Source of the DNA: an uncultured Woeseia sp.
GTDB lineage: Bacteria > Pseudomonadota > Gammaproteobacteria > Steroidobacterales > UBA11654
Direction of reading: 5' to 3'
Assembly (NCBI GenBank): GCA_964416745.1
Contig: CAYQEV010000004.1
Span: 1-52,472 of the forward strand
DNA length: 52,472 nucleotides
In this document: one piece after another, positions 48,369-52,472 of the stretch
How positions within the stretch are numbered: the stretch's first letter is position 1
How the letters are laid out: the number at the start of each line of letters is the position of its first letter
The notes under the pieces: generated by a model
What the model saw: only the letters and a program-made list of their open reading frames with translations
Told to the model about the DNA's origin: nothing
Databases searched by the model: none
Translations under genes and position numbers: made by a program

Positions 48369-49010
48369 ATGTCCATAGAAATTATTTTGCAAATAATAGC
48401 TATTATCGTACCTTTGGTATTTGCTATTACAGTTCATGAAGCTGCTCATGGTTATGTTGCAAAGGGATTTGGTGATTCCACAGCTTATCGTCAAGGTCGA
48501 TTAACTCTTAATCCAATTGCTCATATTGATCTGGCTGGAACCATTATTATTCCATCAATATTAGTTTATTTGGGGGGTTTGGTATTTGGTTGGGCAAAAC
48601 CAGTACCAATTAATCCTAATAATTTTTTTAGACCAAAAAGAGCAATGTTCTTTGTGGCATTGGCAGGCCCATTATCTAATTTATTTATGACTCTACTGTG
48701 GTCTTTAATTTGGTTGTTATTTAGTCTTATGATCAGCGACTCTTCAGGGTCTAGTTTGTTAGACAAGTTTGTCTATCTTATGTGCCAAACTGGTATTTTT
48801 ATTAACCTAGTATTAATGATATTTAATTTACTGCCAATACCACCACTAGACGGTGGACGAGTATTAAGATCATTGGTCAATGAGAAATATGGACGACTGA
48901 TTGATACTGTTGAGCCTTTTGGGATAATTATAGTTATAGGTCTACTGTTTATTGGACTCTTTCAACCAATATTCAGAACGGTTCAATACATAACTTCAAT
49001 ATTGATGTAG
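48369..49010 (+). CDS. site-2 protease (peptidase M50) family protein
   Basis: 213 aa membrane protein with the HEAAHG zinc motif in TM1 and LLPIPPLDGG downstream. Confidence 0.85.
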   Translation: MSIEIILQIIAIIVPLVFAITVHEAAHGYVAKGFGDSTAYRQGRLTLNPIAHIDLAGTIIIPSILVYLGGLVFGWAKPVPINPNNFFRPKRAMFFVALAGPLSNLFMTLLWSLIWLLFSLMISDSSGSSLLDKFVYLMCQTGIFINLVLMIFNLLPIPPLDGGRVLRSLVNEKYGRLIDTVEPFGIIIVIGLLFIGLFQPIFRTVQYITSILM

Positions 49011-49019
49011 AAGAACCCA

Positions 49020-49967
49020 ATGAATTATAAAAGTATTCCACCCGTTGTTTTTGTCTTAATAATTTCTTTTCTATATTCAGATGCTAATTGGAGTAATGAA
49101 AATCATAGCCTTGTCAGTGAAGATATAGAATTAACTACAATTGATAAATATCAGTCTGATAATTTTAGTACCCGAGTTAGATTTATAGTCATTCACTACA
49201 CGTCTCTTGATTGGGAAAACTCATTGAAGGTTCTGACTAAACCACAGTACGCTGTCAGTTCACATTATTTAATACCCGAAAGTAAAGACAAGAGTTACCC
49301 TGAAGATAATTTACTGGTTTATCAACTCGTCAATGAAAACGATAGAGCATGGCATGCAGGTGATAGTCAATGGGAGCAGCGAACCAATATCAATGATCAA
49401 TCCATAGGTATCGAATTGGTAAATACCTCAGAATGTTTTTACGAAGACCAAAATAAAAATCTTGATTACTCATCAAATTACATATGCAGCTTTTATGATT
49501 ATGATCCATTACAAATAAAACTATTAATTAAACTACTTAAACAAATAATAGATGAAAATGAGGAAATTAAACCCACCTATATATTTGGACACTCAGACAT
49601 AGCCCCTGAAAGAAAATCAGACCCAGGGCCTAAATTTCCCTGGCAGTTGTTGTATCAGAATGGTGTTGGTGCTTGGTACGATAATTCAACACTAGACAGA
49701 TACTGGCGAGAATTTAACAATAATAAAACACCATCAATTCAACAGATTCAATGCGGTTTAAAACGTTACGGTTATAACATAGATATTACATCAACTATGG
49801 ATAAGCAAAGTTTTTACGTTATCAGAGCCTTTCAACAACACTTTAGGCCATGGAAAAGTGATGGTGTTGCTGATATTGGTACTACTGCAACGTTATGGTC
49901 ATTGCTTGAGAAATATTTTCCAGAATCATTGGACAAGGATATGAATATAATATGTCCTAATGATTAA
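49020..49967 (+). CDS. N-acetylmuramoyl-L-alanine amidase (amidase_2, AmiD/AmpD-like) with peptidoglycan-binding domain
   Basis: 315 aa. Signal peptide, amidase_2 motifs (IVIHYT, SSHYLI, AWHAG, GHSDIAP..K.DPG) and a C-terminal PG_binding_1-like repeat (LKRYGY...AFQQHF). Confidence 0.85.
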   Translation: MNYKSIPPVVFVLIISFLYSDANWSNENHSLVSEDIELTTIDKYQSDNFSTRVRFIVIHYTSLDWENSLKVLTKPQYAVSSHYLIPESKDKSYPEDNLLVYQLVNENDRAWHAGDSQWEQRTNINDQSIGIELVNTSECFYEDQNKNLDYSSNYICSFYDYDPLQIKLLIKLLKQIIDENEEIKPTYIFGHSDIAPERKSDPGPKFPWQLLYQNGVGAWYDNSTLDRYWREFNNNKTPSIQQIQCGLKRYGYNIDITSTMDKQSFYVIRAFQQHFRPWKSDGVADIGTTATLWSLLEKYFPESLDKDMNIICPND

Positions 49968-50004
49968 CCTATATCAACTACACAAATAATTAGAGGTAAA
50001 AATT

Positions 50005-51264
50005 ATGAGAGCACTAATATGTCTAATAAGTTTTTTAAGTACAGCAATACCTATGATTGGATTTGCTGACAGCTATCTGCTTAATCCTAAACAAATCTTA
50101 GATGTTGAAACAGGTAAATTAATTCGATCAAAAGTCTTGGTTACCGATGGTAAAATTATGGCCATTTCTAATTCGTTTAAAGCCTCAGATGACCTCAAGG
50201 TAATTGATTTACCAGATTTAACTTTGCTTCCAGGTTTGATGGATGCTCATGTTCATTTAATTGGCAACACTGACCTTAAAGGTTATGAGGGACTATCTGA
50301 GTCTTCTTATTTATCAACAATATATGGTGTAAAGAATGCCCAAGATACTCTTATGGCAGGCTTTACGACTGTTCGGAATGTTGGAGCTAGTAACTATTCT
50401 GATGTCGCATTAAAACAAGCAATTGCTAAACAAGCAGTCTTGGGGCCAACCCTACTTGTCTCTGGACCTCCTCTGGGTATTACAGGTGGGCACTGTGATA
50501 GCAATACCCTACCCTATGATTTTAACTACACCTCAGACGGAGTTGCTGATGGGCCATGGGAAGTCAGAAGAAAAGTCAGAGAAAATAGAAAATATGGAGC
50601 TGATTTAATAAAGTTTTGTGCTACCGGTGGAGTGATGTCAAAGAACACGAATTTAAGAACAACTCAATACACGGCAGACGAAATGGAAGCTATTGTTGAT
50701 GAAGCACACAATAGAGATATGAAAGTTGCTGCTCATGCACATGGACTTGATGGGATTAAAGCAGCAATACTCGCTGGCGTTGATTCAATTGAACACTCAA
50801 GCTTAATCGACGAAGAAACAATTGAATTAGCAAAAGCAAAAGGAGTATTCCTATCAATGGATATCTATGTTTCTGATTTCATTCTAGGTGAAGGGGTTGA
50901 ACAAGGTATTCCTGAGTATTCATTAAATAAAGAACGACAAGTGGGTAAAAAACAAAGAGAAAATTTTCAAAAAGCAGTTAAAGCTAATGCACAGATAGTC
51001 TTTGGTACTGATGCTGGGATTTACCCCCATGGTAAAAATGCACGCCAATTTATGTATATGGTCCGATGGGGAATGACTCCATTACAAGCAATACAAGCAG
51101 CAACAATAAATACTGCCAGTCTTTTTGGGGTGCCTAATATCGGTAAAATTAAAGAATCTTTTGAAGCAGATATTATAGGTGTAAAAGGCAATCCTCTTGA
51201 GGATATTACAAGACTTGAAGATGTTGCATTCGTGATGAATAACGGAATTGTGATCAAACAATAA
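50005..51264 (+). CDS. periplasmic amidohydrolase family protein (metal-dependent hydrolase)
   Basis: 419 aa. Signal peptide, the GLMDAHVHL metal-binding motif, and downstream AHAHG and GTDAG motifs. Confidence 0.8.
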   Translation: MRALICLISFLSTAIPMIGFADSYLLNPKQILDVETGKLIRSKVLVTDGKIMAISNSFKASDDLKVIDLPDLTLLPGLMDAHVHLIGNTDLKGYEGLSESSYLSTIYGVKNAQDTLMAGFTTVRNVGASNYSDVALKQAIAKQAVLGPTLLVSGPPLGITGGHCDSNTLPYDFNYTSDGVADGPWEVRRKVRENRKYGADLIKFCATGGVMSKNTNLRTTQYTADEMEAIVDEAHNRDMKVAAHAHGLDGIKAAILAGVDSIEHSSLIDEETIELAKAKGVFLSMDIYVSDFILGEGVEQGIPEYSLNKERQVGKKQRENFQKAVKANAQIVFGTDAGIYPHGKNARQFMYMVRWGMTPLQAIQAATINTASLFGVPNIGKIKESFEADIIGVKGNPLEDITRLEDVAFVMNNGIVIKQ

Positions 51265-51293
51265 AAAAAGCCCATGATGAAATGGGCTTTTTT
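51263..51293. terminator. bidirectional rho-independent terminator between convergent genes
   Basis: AAAAAAA-GCCCAT-(GATGAA)-ATGGGC-TTTTTT. The A-tract and T-tract flank a 6-bp stem, so it can serve both strands. Confidence 0.7.
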
Positions 51294-51313
51294 ATATTAC
51301 CTTAAAAGAAAAT

Positions 51314-52472
51314 CTAGAAGCTTCTTGAATACGTTATCCCTATGGTTCTAGGTGGTATCCATTGTAGATAGTTTCTAGCTCTATAACCTGGTGATTCAGC
51401 TGAAAATCTAAATGCTTCAGTTCTGACATCCGTCAAGTTATTAATAGAGAGTTGAAGCCTTGATTGCTCATCCAGATCAACGCCTACATTAAGATTAAGT
51501 TGAGTGTAACTTGGTGACATATCTTCATCACTCATTTTAAATGTAGCAAAGCTGTCTCCATAGTAACTCATATCTAGTCTAGCGAAAGCCGGAGCTGACA
51601 TAACATCAAATGCAACCGAGAGACCTACTGCCATTTGTTCTTCAGCAATATTAGGTAGACGATCGCCTGCGACCGCACTCAGTGAAGCAATATCATTAGC
51701 AATTTCAGCACTGATGAAACTTCCTGCGAAATCTAATGCAATGGTATCTGATAGATTTATAGAGAAATCAAGCTCTAAACCTGATGTTTCAGCTTCTCCA
51801 CCGTTGTAGGTGAAGCTCCATCCGCAAGCAGGTCTAACAGTGACTTGAATGCCAGTCCAATCTATCCAGAAATATGTTGCATTCAAGCTGTATCCATCGC
51901 CTCTGGCTTTGATACCAATTTCTGTGTTCTCTGCTTCATCAGAGGTATAACGTCTCTTAAAGCCAGCTGCTTCTGGATCACTAGCACAAAAGTAAGGAAG
52001 AGCAGCATTATTACCACCTGATCTATAACCGACAGATGAGACTGCAAACACAGTCAAATCATCATTCACTTCATACGTTACTGTGTATTTAAAACGATTA
52101 TCTGATTCTGAACCGTTTTCCTCTGAACAGGTGACGCCAACAGCTTCAGTTCCATCGCAACCAGTGTTATCAGGACTCTCATAGAAGACTCCGTATTCAG
52201 AGGATTTAAACCCGTCTGATAATTCAAAGTCCCTCATGCCTAAGGTAAAAGTCCAATCTCCTACTGTGTAATCAACAGAACCATAATAGGCAGTTTCTTC
52301 TGCATAATTATAATAGCTATAACTCCCATAGACTAAGAAACCGGTGTTGCCATTATATGACGTATCACCATAAGGTGAAACATAGGATGACGGGTCGTAA
52401 CCACCATTATGTGAGGAAAAGCCCATATAACCAAGATAATCAAGCCCTTCAGCATTTGTTACTTCCCATTCC
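51314..52472 (-). CDS. TonB-dependent receptor, C-terminal portion (5' end outside window)
   Basis: The frame stays open to the window edge (EWEVTNAEGLDYLGYMGF...). The sequence is beta-barrel-like with alternating aromatic and glycine residues, and ends with the C-terminal ...ITYSRSF. Confidence 0.85.
   Translation of the reverse strand, partial: EWEVTNAEGLDYLGYMGFSSHNGGYDPSSYVSPYGDTSYNGNTGFLVYGSYSYYNYAEETAYYGSVDYTVGDWTFTLGMRDFELSDGFKSSEYGVFYESPDNTGCDGTEAVGVTCSEENGSESDNRFKYTVTYEVNDDLTVFAVSSVGYRSGGNNAALPYFCASDPEAAGFKRRYTSDEAENTEIGIKARGDGYSLNATYFWIDWTGIQVTVRPACGWSFTYNGGEAETSGLELDFSINLSDTIALDFAGSFISAEIANDIASLSAVAGDRLPNIAEEQMAVGLSVAFDVMSAPAFARLDMSYYGDSFATFKMSDEDMSPSYTQLNLNVGVDLDEQSRLQLSINNLTDVRTEAFRFSAESPGYRARNYLQWIPPRTIGITYSRSF

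Overview
This is a 52.5-kb chromosomal segment that is visibly AT-rich (GC not computed) and very gene-dense, with many 1-14 nt gaps or overlaps between genes. The synteny is gammaproteobacterial: thrS-infC-rpmI-rplT-pheS-pheT-ihfA-merR-tRNA-Pro, plus a his operon in enteric gene order. The AT-richness, tight packing and two TonB-dependent receptors suggest a streamlined marine gammaproteobacterium, but that is inference only. Content from left to right: (1) an MscS channel fragment. (2) A hyuB-hyuA-HMG-CoA-lyase-like operon, divergent from a VOC-fold protein and a TonB-dependent receptor. (3) A TSUP/TauE permease. (4) A six-gene Vibrio TonB2-type energy transduction cluster. (5) A 13.7-kb co-directional amino-acid biosynthesis block: ilvC-leuA-ilvE-leuCDB, then a TrpR-like gene and hisGDCBHAFE. 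(6) An FAD oxidase, an AI-2E permease, an orphan HTH protein and tRNA-Pro(GGG). (7) A 12-gene co-directional array running from a rhodanese through fdsGBA (NAD-type formate dehydrogenase) to thrS-infC-rpmI-rplT-pheST-ihfA-merR. (8) A UbiH-like monooxygenase, a NUDIX hydrolase, an MBL hydrolase, a fatty-acid-hydroxylase-family membrane protein, an M50 protease, a muramoyl-alanine amidase, an amidohydrolase and a second, partial TonB-dependent receptor. I found no mobile element, CRISPR array, integrase or recognisable defence system, so this looks like core genome. The points worth a second look are regulatory and architectural. A TrpR-like gene is coupled to hisG behind a perfect palindrome, where enterics have the hisL attenuator. 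A Leu/Ile leader peptide and attenuator-like structure sits in front of ilvC. hisF appears to start at ATT and infC at ATC. PheT lacks its OB-fold domain. hisE has no hisI. thrS and pheS lack the classic leader regions. All protein calls rest on motif and length recognition by eye; no database search was run.
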